Shown: in pieces, positions 45,850-55,455 of the stretch
How the letters are laid out: each line of letters opens with the position of its first letter
How positions within the stretch are numbered: the first letter of the stretch is position 1
Source of the DNA: a virus
Lineage: Duplodnaviria > Heunggongvirae > Uroviricota > Caudoviricetes
IMG/VR virus record: IMGVR_UViG_3300021387_001477
DNA: 64,000 bases
Strand: one strand, 5' to 3'
Program-made: the position numbers and the translations under genes
The notes under the pieces: generated by a model
What the model saw: only the letters and a program-made list of their open reading frames with translations
Told to the model about the DNA's origin: nothing
Databases searched by the model: none

Positions 45850-46410
45850 ATGGAAGAAGAAAAATACTTAGAAACATTTACATTTCCAGATATACCTTGG
45901 CAGAAATATCCAGTCTTTAGCGTTTCTGATAAAGGGAATACATATAATCTTAAAAGTATCATATTCCCCTCTCCAAAATCAGCTAAAAAATTCACACGAA
46001 GGAAACAACTTGTATATAGATCACTACAAGCTAAAATATTTGATTCAATAATAAATATTGGATATTTTGATCCACTTCTTGTTGTACCAGAATTTCCAAT
46101 TATAATCCAGAATCACCTTCGTCTACCTGGTCTTAAGGGAGGATATTTCTTAATTGACTATTATTTTCCAACTCTTCGATTGGCGGTAGAACTTGATTCA
46201 GACCTTCATTCTGAGATAAAGGATGAGATCAGAGACGACTATTTGAAACAATTGGGAATAAATGTCTTTAGAATAAAGGATTTACAAAAACCGACTGTAC
46301 AAAAAACAAAATTTAAAGATTTAACAAAACTTATGAGGTCAATTAATCCTATTGAAAATCCGACGCCATTTTCTTTTACGGATAACGTACGATTGAAATA
46401 TAAGATATAG
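45850..46410 (+). CDS. DUF559-like PD-(D/E)xK endonuclease domain protein
   Basis: YFLIDYYFPTLRLAVELDSDLHSE...RDDYLKQLGINVFRI. Confidence 0.45.
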   Translation: MEEEKYLETFTFPDIPWQKYPVFSVSDKGNTYNLKSIIFPSPKSAKKFTRRKQLVYRSLQAKIFDSIINIGYFDPLLVVPEFPIIIQNHLRLPGLKGGYFLIDYYFPTLRLAVELDSDLHSEIKDEIRDDYLKQLGINVFRIKDLQKPTVQKTKFKDLTKLMRSINPIENPTPFSFTDNVRLKYKI

Positions 46411-46453
46411 GATAGACCTACAATTCCTTATACTTGAAAATACTAAATAAACG

Positions 46454-47038
46454 ATGAATATAACACCTAATTATAATCCGGTAGAAAGTAGAATGGAGTT
46501 TACTTTTACATGTAATCTCCTAAAAAAATATTTTTCTAATTTCTATGGCCTAGTAACAAAATATCCAGGTGTCCCAGAAGGCACTAATGTTACTCCCGGT
46601 CAAAATTCATCGCAAGCTGTTATAAGCTTCCCCGTAGATCAATCAATGGTAAAAGAAGACCCAAATAGAGATGGTGTTGGGGTATCTATAAGAAGAGATG
46701 AAATCGAGAAATTGAATGCAGCCATTAATGTATTTATAAATGGCGCACTAAAGAAAGAACTTAAAACAACAGAGTTCATTCCGCTCAAAGGATACGACAT
46801 TTCACTCTTGCAGGTTGATATAAAAGCAGCCATTGAAAACAAACGATCATACTGTATTATAAAGGATTTTGATGAATATCTCGAGTCCGGAAAAACTAGA
46901 ACCTATAACTTTAATCAGGTAATGGTTGAATATGGTACTCCGGAATGGGCAGATATATCAATTCTTATAGAAGAGGGAAATCTGGCAGCTTTAAAGAAAA
47001 AATATACTCCAAAACTTCAGTTTGTGGAGTGGGTTTAA
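46454..47038 (+). CDS. hypothetical protein
   Basis: 194-aa ORF. Confidence 0.5.
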   Translation: MNITPNYNPVESRMEFTFTCNLLKKYFSNFYGLVTKYPGVPEGTNVTPGQNSSQAVISFPVDQSMVKEDPNRDGVGVSIRRDEIEKLNAAINVFINGALKKELKTTEFIPLKGYDISLLQVDIKAAIENKRSYCIIKDFDEYLESGKTRTYNFNQVMVEYGTPEWADISILIEEGNLAALKKKYTPKLQFVEWV

Positions 47039-47091
47039 TGAGTAAAGATAGGAATTAAGTTTCCTGTCTTTTTTAATTTTAATATTTATTT

Positions 47092-47661
47092 ATGCTACAA
47101 ATAAATGAAAGAATTCTAGTATTATCCCCAGGTGATCAAATTCCCCAAGTTTCTGGAGATTCTATTAAATTATACTTAGCCGGAACTACAGATTTTGGCT
47201 CTGCCGAGAATGATTGGCAAGGTAAGTTTATAGACGGTCTTGTAAAACTGTCTGATCCACTGAAAGGATTACTTCTCATAAAGAACGTAAATTGGATTAT
47301 CTTCAACCCTAAGGCTCTTCCTACTAATGATATGGGTCCTTCTCTTGAAAATCCAGAGTTTGTAAATAATATCAGGTGGAGATTAATGGCACAAGATCAG
47401 GCAGATATGATTTTCTTGAATATCTTGAAAAAGTCTGTATCACCAATTCCAGTCTTAGAGTTTGGTTCTATGGTAACTTCCGGAAAGCTAGTTGTTCGGT
47501 GCAGTGAAGAGTATCAAATCTATCCACAAATTAGACTATATTGTGAAAAATTCCAGGTACCTCTTCTCACAGGAAAGACTAGTGTAAAGGATGTTATCTT
47601 AAGTGGAGGAAACTATATACAAAAATTCAGAGATCTTCAACAATATAATCTTCCTGAGTAA
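47092..47661 (+). CDS. hypothetical protein
   Basis: 189-aa ORF. Confidence 0.5.
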   Translation: MLQINERILVLSPGDQIPQVSGDSIKLYLAGTTDFGSAENDWQGKFIDGLVKLSDPLKGLLLIKNVNWIIFNPKALPTNDMGPSLENPEFVNNIRWRLMAQDQADMIFLNILKKSVSPIPVLEFGSMVTSGKLVVRCSEEYQIYPQIRLYCEKFQVPLLTGKTSVKDVILSGGNYIQKFRDLQQYNLPE

Positions 47662-48878
47662 TGAGGTCGATTATAATTCTGAAAGGTCTCGTGAAGGAAG
47701 ATAAAAAGAGGTGGGTCAGAGAAGAAAGACTAGAGAATTATTTTCTTGATATGGAAGTAGTTCGAAAGCTTTACTCCATGCCAGATCTTGTATCGCCGGA
47801 ACGTGGAGAAATATTATCAAGAGCTTTCGGAGATACTGTATATTCTAGGTTCATGGAAATCATAGTCTATAAGATGTCAAAGGGCTGTCTCTTGGTGGTA
47901 GATATGGATACAGAGCCAACAGAGGTCATAGAAAACTTGGCCATAATATTTGGATATACAGTGTTCTATGTGGTTCAAACAATTCCACAGGACTATCTCT
48001 CCTCCCCCAAAAAATATACCTTAAGCTATCAACTAACGAAGAAGAGGTCAGAACTGGAGAAAAATGTACAATGGTTTCTAAATATTCAATTTCAAGATAA
48101 GAAAAAGATATCAACTTTTCAGGATATTCTTGATTATTGGAAGAAAGAAGTTAAGCCATTATATATCGACGAAGATACAAAGATTCTTAATGTATCAGAT
48201 CTTCATTCAAACTGTGATCTCTATAAAAAACTTCCTAAAGATGGGTTTGATTATACCATATTTTACGGAGATTACATAGATGGGCCGGTACAAGGAGGAT
48301 CAAGAAGACTTACAGATCTTATTCTTAAAAATAAAGATCAAAATACAATCTTCTTAGAGGGAAATCATGAGATAAGATTAAGAAAATATCTTGGTTGGTT
48401 ATGGCTTAGTGGTGTAGGAAAGAAAGAATTACCAGACATCCTATATTCAACACTCCCCGATGATTTCTTAGCTACAACCTCTAAGGAATATAAAAATCTA
48501 AGTCCACAGGAGGCTAGAGATTATCTTCTAGGCCTTAATGAAAAGCTAAGGATGTTTCAAAGGATAGAGGATAAGGATGGAAATATTTTTATATCTACAC
48601 ATGCCGGATTTAAATATCTGGAACAACTAGACCCAAGATATATAGGTGGAGTTGTGTATGGAAATAGAGATATGAATAGATATGATAGAGAATTTTCAGA
48701 ATCCGGGAAAAAGCTTGGATTATGGTCTGTTCATGCTCATTGTAAATATCCTGATTCATGGGAAGTATTAAGATATGAAAACGTTGTAAATCTAGATCCT
48801 CCTTCCGAATCTTCTATCGTATATGGAATAATGAAAAATAAAAATTGGGATATATGTCTATTAGAAAAGCAACAATAA
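47661..48878 (+). CDS. two-domain protein with C-terminal calcineurin-like metallophosphoesterase
   Basis: LNVSDLHSN, FYGDYIDGP, LEGNHE, HAGF motifs in C-terminal half. Confidence 0.5.
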   Translation: MRSIIILKGLVKEDKKRWVREERLENYFLDMEVVRKLYSMPDLVSPERGEILSRAFGDTVYSRFMEIIVYKMSKGCLLVVDMDTEPTEVIENLAIIFGYTVFYVVQTIPQDYLSSPKKYTLSYQLTKKRSELEKNVQWFLNIQFQDKKKISTFQDILDYWKKEVKPLYIDEDTKILNVSDLHSNCDLYKKLPKDGFDYTIFYGDYIDGPVQGGSRRLTDLILKNKDQNTIFLEGNHEIRLRKYLGWLWLSGVGKKELPDILYSTLPDDFLATTSKEYKNLSPQEARDYLLGLNEKLRMFQRIEDKDGNIFISTHAGFKYLEQLDPRYIGGVVYGNRDMNRYDREFSESGKKLGLWSVHAHCKYPDSWEVLRYENVVNLDPPSESSIVYGIMKNKNWDICLLEKQQ

Positions 48879-49330
48879 AAAACGTAAATTCAATACTTGA
48901 GGCTGGAAAGATCATTGACTCTCTGAAATCTGCCGAATTTGAGTCTTTGGTGGGGAATGAATTATCTTTATCCTTTGAAGACACTGAGGATAATATGAAG
49001 TTCCTAGAGAATTATGACGTAACCATGGAAGACTCAGATCCATTTCGCATCTTATCTTTTGACAATTTATCTACTTATATTTATGTTATGTGGCAAGGAT
49101 CTAGGAATAACTTAGATATCCCCGATCTTATTTCAATGTATGTAGAAAAATCAGAAGAAACTCCAGATATAAACAAGACATTACTTAGAATGATTCTTCG
49201 AGCCTATTATTCTGAAGATCTTGACGCTGCTATTGAAGATGTAAAAAGAAAAATAAAGAAATATCATGACGAAATAGGAAAGCTGGAAACCCTTACTAGT
49301 GTATCTGATTATTTATTTAGGAGGATATGA
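48845..49330 (+). CDS. hypothetical protein
   Basis: 161-aa ORF. Confidence 0.45.
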   Translation: MGYMSIRKATIKNVNSILEAGKIIDSLKSAEFESLVGNELSLSFEDTEDNMKFLENYDVTMEDSDPFRILSFDNLSTYIYVMWQGSRNNLDIPDLISMYVEKSEETPDINKTLLRMILRAYYSEDLDAAIEDVKRKIKKYHDEIGKLETLTSVSDYLFRRI

Positions 49331-49790
49331 TATGGATGATTTTAGTATACCAAAAGAAGCATCAAGATATGCAAGTGATGGAGGAGATGGCAGTGGTGGA
49401 AAACTTACAAAAGAGATTAGAAAGAAATTACATTCCGGAAGAAGAATCTTGAATAGTTCCCTTGGCCTATTTCAATCTGGCGACCTGGTTTATGTAAAGA
49501 ATAGAAAAGAACATGGAATTATTCTTGGTCAGATGCCAGGAAGTGATGAGGAAAAGTATTTAGTCCTTACAGTATGGAGAGAGGATCAAAAAGATGAAAA
49601 CCCTCTTGAATATAGGATTAGATATTGTTATCCAAAACAAATAGATCTCATTGAATCCTCCGGAGAAAATAGGGAACCGCTGTATAATGTATTGGAATAT
49701 TGTGAAAATCAATGTATATTCCATCCAAACTGTGATGAATCTTGCGTTTTAAAAAAGATATATGAAAAATTAAAGAGAGAAAAGGGGTAG
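49299..49790 (+). CDS. hypothetical protein
   Basis: 163-aa ORF. Confidence 0.45.
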   Translation: MYLIIYLGGYDMDDFSIPKEASRYASDGGDGSGGKLTKEIRKKLHSGRRILNSSLGLFQSGDLVYVKNRKEHGIILGQMPGSDEEKYLVLTVWREDQKDENPLEYRIRYCYPKQIDLIESSGENREPLYNVLEYCENQCIFHPNCDESCVLKKIYEKLKREKG

Positions 49791-49819
49791 AAATACTCCT
49801 TTCTTTTCTTATAGATGAT

Positions 49820-50473
49820 ATGAAAAGTACAGTATATGTAGAAAATCAGCCAAAGAAGTCGCTGATGTCTATAATAATAATTAATAAAAATATAATTTCA
49901 CAGGAAGAACACGACTCTATTTCAAAACTAGGAGAAATATCAGATCTATTCTTCATATTTGGGAAAAACTCTAAAGGCATTAATCCGGAAAAATTTACAT
50001 CTCTTTGTGAGGGTTGTGCATGGATTAAAGAAAATAATTTAGTGTCTGGATTCCTAACAGCCCACTCCTATTCCTCAAATATATTTCAATGTCATCTTGG
50101 GTATCTTCTTTCTGATATAAATGATCTGGGAAGAGATATAAATACTGATGAGATATTAAGAATTCACGCCTTAGGTAATACTCTTCCTATAGTGAGGATA
50201 GAAAGAAAAACGGCTGAAGAACTTAGGGAGATATATGAGGAGAAAAAGAGTCTGTGGAAAAGAGATACAAAAATTGGAAAATACTCAACCTATAAGACAG
50301 ATTCATGGACAATATTTTTCAGAAAACTCCCAGAATCTTGCTTAGATAAAGAGTGGGTTTCTACATTTTCTCCGGAAGACCCTAAATCATTCTATATCAA
50401 TTCCCTAAGAAGAAGCGGAATTGGAAATATAAACGAAACTTGTGATGAAAGCAAAGCAAAGGGGGAAGAATAA
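49820..50473 (+). CDS. hypothetical protein
   Basis: 217-aa ORF. Confidence 0.45.
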   Translation: MKSTVYVENQPKKSLMSIIIINKNIISQEEHDSISKLGEISDLFFIFGKNSKGINPEKFTSLCEGCAWIKENNLVSGFLTAHSYSSNIFQCHLGYLLSDINDLGRDINTDEILRIHALGNTLPIVRIERKTAEELREIYEEKKSLWKRDTKIGKYSTYKTDSWTIFFRKLPESCLDKEWVSTFSPEDPKSFYINSLRRSGIGNINETCDESKAKGEE

Positions 50474-50744
50474 TAAGTTCCCATATATAATCGAGGTTTG
50501 GAAAAAGGGAGATCCAGTTCCAGAATGGCTTTCCGACAGAGCAAAGGTAAGCAGTATAGATAATTCCGGGCAACCAAATATTCAAACCAATAATATCGTA
50601 GGCGGTAGTGGTTATGAAATTATTGGGTCTGATGGAAAAAGCCTCATAATAACCAAGAATATTGATGATTATGTATGTCTTGGAGATAAGGGAATATTTG
50701 CATTAACTAAAATTCAATTTGACTTAATGTATGATAGTATTTAA
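50442..50744 (+). CDS. hypothetical protein
   Basis: 100-aa ORF. Confidence 0.4.
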   Translation: MMKAKQRGKNNKFPYIIEVWKKGDPVPEWLSDRAKVSSIDNSGQPNIQTNNIVGGSGYEIIGSDGKSLIITKNIDDYVCLGDKGIFALTKIQFDLMYDSI

Positions 50745-50988
50745 GACAAAATTCATAATAGAAGAAATTTTACCACACCGGCCAAAAGTAGGAAAATGGA
50801 GTGAAATAAAGGAGGGAAGTCTGGTAAAATTACAGACAGTACTAGGAGATAGGGGATGGAACGGAATTAGGCCAGCAATGATTCTAGTGGAAATTACAGA
50901 CCCCGATGGAAATATTATGGGATTCGAAATATCTCAATCATTTCTTAGTAGATTTGAGAAATATTTTAAAATTAAGGGAGAGGATTAA
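50731..50988 (+). CDS. hypothetical protein
   Basis: 85-aa ORF. Confidence 0.4.
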   Translation: MIVFKTKFIIEEILPHRPKVGKWSEIKEGSLVKLQTVLGDRGWNGIRPAMILVEITDPDGNIMGFEISQSFLSRFEKYFKIKGED

Positions 50989-51750
50989 ATGTGCCTCTCC
51001 TTTTTTTTGCGGGCCCGATCTTACTAAAACCAAAGAGTAGAACAATAGAGAATTTATCTGGAACGAAACCGGGCTGAGCGTAAGCGAAGGCCTGGTTGAG
51101 TGGAGGAATAGAATAAAAGAAAATAGAAGAAAATAATAATCAATATTCTTTCTGGGAAAACGCGAAGCGTTTTTTAGTTGATGTGACCTGGAGTGAATTC
51201 AACGAACTGAATGAGGAGACGTAGTCGACGAATGAAGGAGTTGAAGAGAGGGAGGTTTGGGGTCACATCTTTATTTAATTAAAAGAAAAGAACTTCGCTT
51301 TCACTAACGTTCAAGCGAAGTCCCAAATAAAAAGAAAAAATTGAATAAAATATATTAAAGTAAATAAAGAAGAATTCTTTATTCGGAGCCGGCCGAAACG
51401 TTAGTGTAGGCCGGGTTCTGTTGTTTTTTTTTGTTTATGGTAAAATGTTTTATGAGGCTTTGTAGGATACAAAGCCTCCAGTTAAAATAATTATTTGGTA
51501 AAATTATTTTCTATAAATGTAGGATATTGACGAGCCCGGAAACGGAGCGATAGCGGAGTGGAGGGCGAGGAAATTTAACATTTTTTCCAGAATTATATAT
51601 ATTATAAGTCAGTCATTGATTTTCTTAATAAATGTTAACTTTTTGCGTTTATTTTAAACTGAAATTCTTATCTATGAACAAACGAGGGCTACGCTTTTCC
51701 AACTTATTTTTAGCCCTCGTGAAAATGTAAACTATAAAAAATATTATATT
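50989..51750. other. 760-bp noncoding, locally GC-richer region with long inverted repeats and repeated GAGCG..GAGTGGAGG blocks (candidate replication origin or structured ncRNA)
   Basis: No ORF on either strand; GATGTGACC...GGTCACATC long-range inverted repeat, hairpins GAGGCTTTGTAGGATACAAAGCCTC and GAGGGCTACGC..TAGCCCTCG. Confidence 0.4.
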
Positions 51751-53832
51751 ATGGAAGTTAATAAATTAGAGGAACTGATTGGGTTAAAAGATACCCAACA
51801 GAAAATGAATGTTATAGAAATTCCAGTTCCGAGAGATGTAAACTTTATCTCGGAGTGGAAGGACTATTCATATCCACAAGGCCATTGTATAGTAGATAAA
51901 ACTATATGTGGCTGTGGATATACAGAATTTTGCTTAAGAAATGACATACCTACGATTCTTCTCTCCCCTAGAAAAGCACTTCTTGAGAATAAAGAGAGAC
52001 AACATAATCGGCCTGATGAGAATGGCCAAATTCTTTATCCTGTCTATTATTTCAGGAATGAGAAAGAGGCCCTGGTAGATTTTGATAATTCTCTTGTTCC
52101 AGATAAAGGCGAAGAGAAAAACGTTACCTCTCTTAGTTTCACGGTTATAGATAAAAACGCTATGGCCATAAGTCAAGAAGAGAAGGCACAGTATCTCATG
52201 AATCTTAAGATGCAACTTTCAAACTATCTACAAACAACCCAAACAACACCAAAAATCCTAGTTACTTATGATTCTCTCCCACATGTCCTTGATGTAATTG
52301 GTGATAAGGTTGGAATGTTTTCTGTGGTTGTAGACGAGTTCCAGAGCCTGTTTTCAGATTCTGTATTTAAGCCTGATGTAGAAATGACAACCATAGATTA
52401 CCTTAAGGATCTTCCAAATGTTCTTTATCTCTCTGCTACTCCCATGATGGATAGATATCTTGGAATGATAGATTATTTCAAGTCTCTTCCAATGTATAAA
52501 TTGATCTGGGATAATTCTAGAACTGAGAATATACGAATTGATCGGAGGGTTGTTAAATCTATTATAACGGAATGCACAGATATAATTCAATCCTATAAAA
52601 ATGGTATATTTCCTGAGAAAGTAGTTAAGGGAAAGATATATAAATCTAAAGAGGCAGTATTCTTTGTCAATTCGGTAAAGACTATATGTGATCTTATTAG
52701 GAAAAATAAACTTAACCCTTCTGAGGTTAATATTCTTTGCTCTCACTCTCCGAAGAATTTACAACGAATAAAGAAGCTTGGAAAAGGATTCGATTATGGA
52801 ACAATACCGCTAAAGGGAGAATATCATAAAATGTTTACCTTTTGTACTAGGACAACTTATCTTGGTGCAGATTTTTATTCTACTAATGCTATAACAATTA
52901 TCTGTTCTGACATAAATATAGATACACTTAACCTTGATATTGCTTTAGATCTTCCTCAAATTGTAGGTAGACAAAGACTTCCTGAGAATGTGTTTAGAAA
53001 CGAGATCATTTATATCTTCAGAGGAGCTAATAAAGGAGCTCTTGTGATAACCAAAGATCAATTTTTAGACCATATGAAGGAGAAGATGGACAGAACCTCA
53101 GATCTATTATATATTTATGATACTTCAGAGGGTCGAGTTAGAGATAGTTATGTTTATACGATTCGAGAAAACACAGAAACACATAAATATAAAAGTAATT
53201 TCGTCGGAATTCAGGGAGGAAATGGGTTGACAGAGAATTACCTTGTTATCCTTTCTGAGTGTAGGGCATATGAAATATCTAGGCCGGAATATCAGGACAA
53301 AGTTATAATTAAGAAGGAGCTTGATGCTAATGATGGTTTTATATACTCCGATTCAAAGAGTGTTGCCCAGGAAATAAATGATCTTGAGGCAGAGTTTAGA
53401 AAGGATAATAATTTTGAGAGAAGAATGAGGCTACTATGTGATTTTATAGATCATCGGCCAGAAACATATAAACAATATTCTGGTTATATGTCTTCGTTTA
53501 TTCCAATTGAGTATCAGAATTATCTCGAACTTTTAAGTACTTCTGAAATCAGGGCTGTTTCTTACCGTGAAGTTAATCTTAAGGAAAAGGTGGAAACTTT
53601 AAAAACACAAGACAACAGAAAATTAATCATTGTAGATAAATTTCCTATTGGGTCTAGGTGGCTACTCTCAACTATAAAAAATATATTAAGAGACGTGTAC
53701 GCTAGTCTTAATATATCTAAGTCGCCAAAGGCTAGTGATATTACTGAGTATCTGGAGGTGAAGGATGTAATTATGAATGACCCTTCTACTAATAAGAAGG
53801 CTCGAGGTTATGAAATTTTAAAGGTAAAGTAA
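51751..53832 (+). CDS. SF2 helicase-like protein with C-terminal ~150-aa module duplicated in next gene
   Basis: VVDEFQSL (DExx), LYLSATPM (SAT); C-terminus NNFERRMRLLCDFID...SEIRAVSYREVNLK...GYEILKVK. Confidence 0.5.
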   Translation: MEVNKLEELIGLKDTQQKMNVIEIPVPRDVNFISEWKDYSYPQGHCIVDKTICGCGYTEFCLRNDIPTILLSPRKALLENKERQHNRPDENGQILYPVYYFRNEKEALVDFDNSLVPDKGEEKNVTSLSFTVIDKNAMAISQEEKAQYLMNLKMQLSNYLQTTQTTPKILVTYDSLPHVLDVIGDKVGMFSVVVDEFQSLFSDSVFKPDVEMTTIDYLKDLPNVLYLSATPMMDRYLGMIDYFKSLPMYKLIWDNSRTENIRIDRRVVKSIITECTDIIQSYKNGIFPEKVVKGKIYKSKEAVFFVNSVKTICDLIRKNKLNPSEVNILCSHSPKNLQRIKKLGKGFDYGTIPLKGEYHKMFTFCTRTTYLGADFYSTNAITIICSDINIDTLNLDIALDLPQIVGRQRLPENVFRNEIIYIFRGANKGALVITKDQFLDHMKEKMDRTSDLLYIYDTSEGRVRDSYVYTIRENTETHKYKSNFVGIQGGNGLTENYLVILSECRAYEISRPEYQDKVIIKKELDANDGFIYSDSKSVAQEINDLEAEFRKDNNFERRMRLLCDFIDHRPETYKQYSGYMSSFIPIEYQNYLELLSTSEIRAVSYREVNLKEKVETLKTQDNRKLIIVDKFPIGSRWLLSTIKNILRDVYASLNISKSPKASDITEYLEVKDVIMNDPSTNKKARGYEILKVK

Positions 53833-53835
53833 ATT

Positions 53836-54807
53836 ATGCTGTATCTATTAAGATCTTTTGGAAGGAAGAAATCTATATTAAAGGTCGGATATGCCAGTGA
53901 TATAGATAGGAGAGTGAATACTTATTTTACGTATGCTCCCTATACAGAACTTATTAATACAAAAGAAGGGGATTTTACGGATGAGACTATGCTACATATT
54001 TATCTTCATTATCTTGGTTTTGGAAAATTGGGTAATGAATGGTATGAAGATTGTCAAGAGGTTATAGACGTATTTAATTCAGACCTTAATGATGTTTTAA
54101 AGGAGGTCTGGGATAAAAGGGATTCTATATTTTCCTTGATAGATTTAGACCAAGTATGTAAAGCAGAGGTATATAGAAGAGCACTGGAAAGATATAAACC
54201 GGCGGATTTTATTCCGGTAGATAGATTTTCATACGATGCAGATTCAGACAAGATACTTCGAATAAATAAGACAGGAGAAGCTATTGATGAAGCCTATCAG
54301 TTGAGATTGGATCAAGAAACTCTATTAAATAACCAAAACTTAAATCAAGAGGTTTCGAGCCTATATTCAGAATATTCGATAGACAGTAATTTTGAGAGAA
54401 GGATGAGATTATTGTGTGATTTTATAGACAATAATTCTGAATTCTATAAAAGTAATATCGATACCATTTCTGTATTAATGTATAGGCAGGTTCAATTTGC
54501 TGAATCATTAAGTACTTCTGAAATTAGAGCAGTTTCTTATCGAGAGGTTAATCTTAAGAAGATAATAGAAGTGCAGAAGACACAGGATAACAGAAAATCA
54601 ATCATCGTAGGTAAATTTTCTGTTGGGTCTAGGTATTCTCTTTCGTCAATTAAAGATACCCTAAGGGAGTCATATGCGCAACTCGGAATACTTAAGTCGC
54701 CGAAGGCTAGTGATATCTTAGAATTTCTTGAAGTAAAGAAAGTAAAAATCATTGACCCTAGTACAAAGGAGAAGATAAATGGTTATGAAATTTTAAAAGT
54801 GAAGTAA
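53836..54807 (+). CDS. putative GIY-YIG/T5orf172-like N-terminal domain protein sharing C-terminal module with upstream helicase
   Basis: KSILKVGYASDIDRRVNTYF...; C-terminus SNFERRMRLLCDFID...SEIRAVSYREVNLK...GYEILKVK. Confidence 0.4.
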   Translation: MLYLLRSFGRKKSILKVGYASDIDRRVNTYFTYAPYTELINTKEGDFTDETMLHIYLHYLGFGKLGNEWYEDCQEVIDVFNSDLNDVLKEVWDKRDSIFSLIDLDQVCKAEVYRRALERYKPADFIPVDRFSYDADSDKILRINKTGEAIDEAYQLRLDQETLLNNQNLNQEVSSLYSEYSIDSNFERRMRLLCDFIDNNSEFYKSNIDTISVLMYRQVQFAESLSTSEIRAVSYREVNLKKIIEVQKTQDNRKSIIVGKFSVGSRYSLSSIKDTLRESYAQLGILKSPKASDILEFLEVKKVKIIDPSTKEKINGYEILKVK

Positions 54808-55217
54808 TGTTAAATATTTACGTAGATAAGAATATAGGGAAAATAGTTCTAAAGACAGATGATTCTTCTGCTAGGTACCTTCTTGAAAAAACAGAGAAGG
54901 AAACTAAATTTATACCAAGGCTTAGGAAGTATGGAACTATAACCAGAACAACTAAGATTTATGATAATACAAGAGTGAGGCCGGATAAGGATGGTGTATG
55001 GACGTTTTATCTTGGTCTTGGTTGGGCTGGATATCTTGCAAGTGTGTTTTTTAAGTTTATGACAAAGGCAGAATATGACCAACTTCTTCTTGATGCCGTC
55101 TATTCTGATAACGTAAGAACAGTACCATTTCCAAATTTGCGAGATTACCAAAATTCCGATGCTCTCCACCTTTTAAAATATAAAATTGGTCTATTCAGTT
55201 GTTATACAAGTTACGGT
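54807..55217 (+). CDS. SF2 DNA helicase exon 1 (Q-motif LRDYQ and first part of Walker A ...GLFSCYTSYG)
   Basis: Exon ends TACGGT (U); tracked ORF terminates 2 codons later at TGA inside intron. Confidence 0.65.
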
Positions 55218-55455
55218 AAATGATTTGCCGCATTATATAATGATACTTCGGGTAAAAACGGTGAAGGGTGAGATTCCTAATACCGTGCTAACTACTGTAA
55301 TTACGAAAGGTATAGTAGTAGTGTAGAGCATAGAGGTTGAATAAATATAATACCTCCAAGAGTATCCGACATAGAGATATGAAAATATATGCCGAACTAA
55401 TACGAAATGAAGTATTAGAACTATAGGATAAAAAGCTTATAGGATAACAAAATTG
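55218..55455 (+). mobile_element. family-B small group I intron splitting the helicase Walker A motif; begins AAATGA (in-frame stop)
   Basis: ACGGTGAAGGGTGAGATTCCTAATACCGTGCTAACTAC...GTGTAGAGCATAGAGGTTGAATAAATATAATACCTCC...GGATAACAAAATTG; join gives TSYG|KTELIA = GxxxxGKT. Confidence 0.65.
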
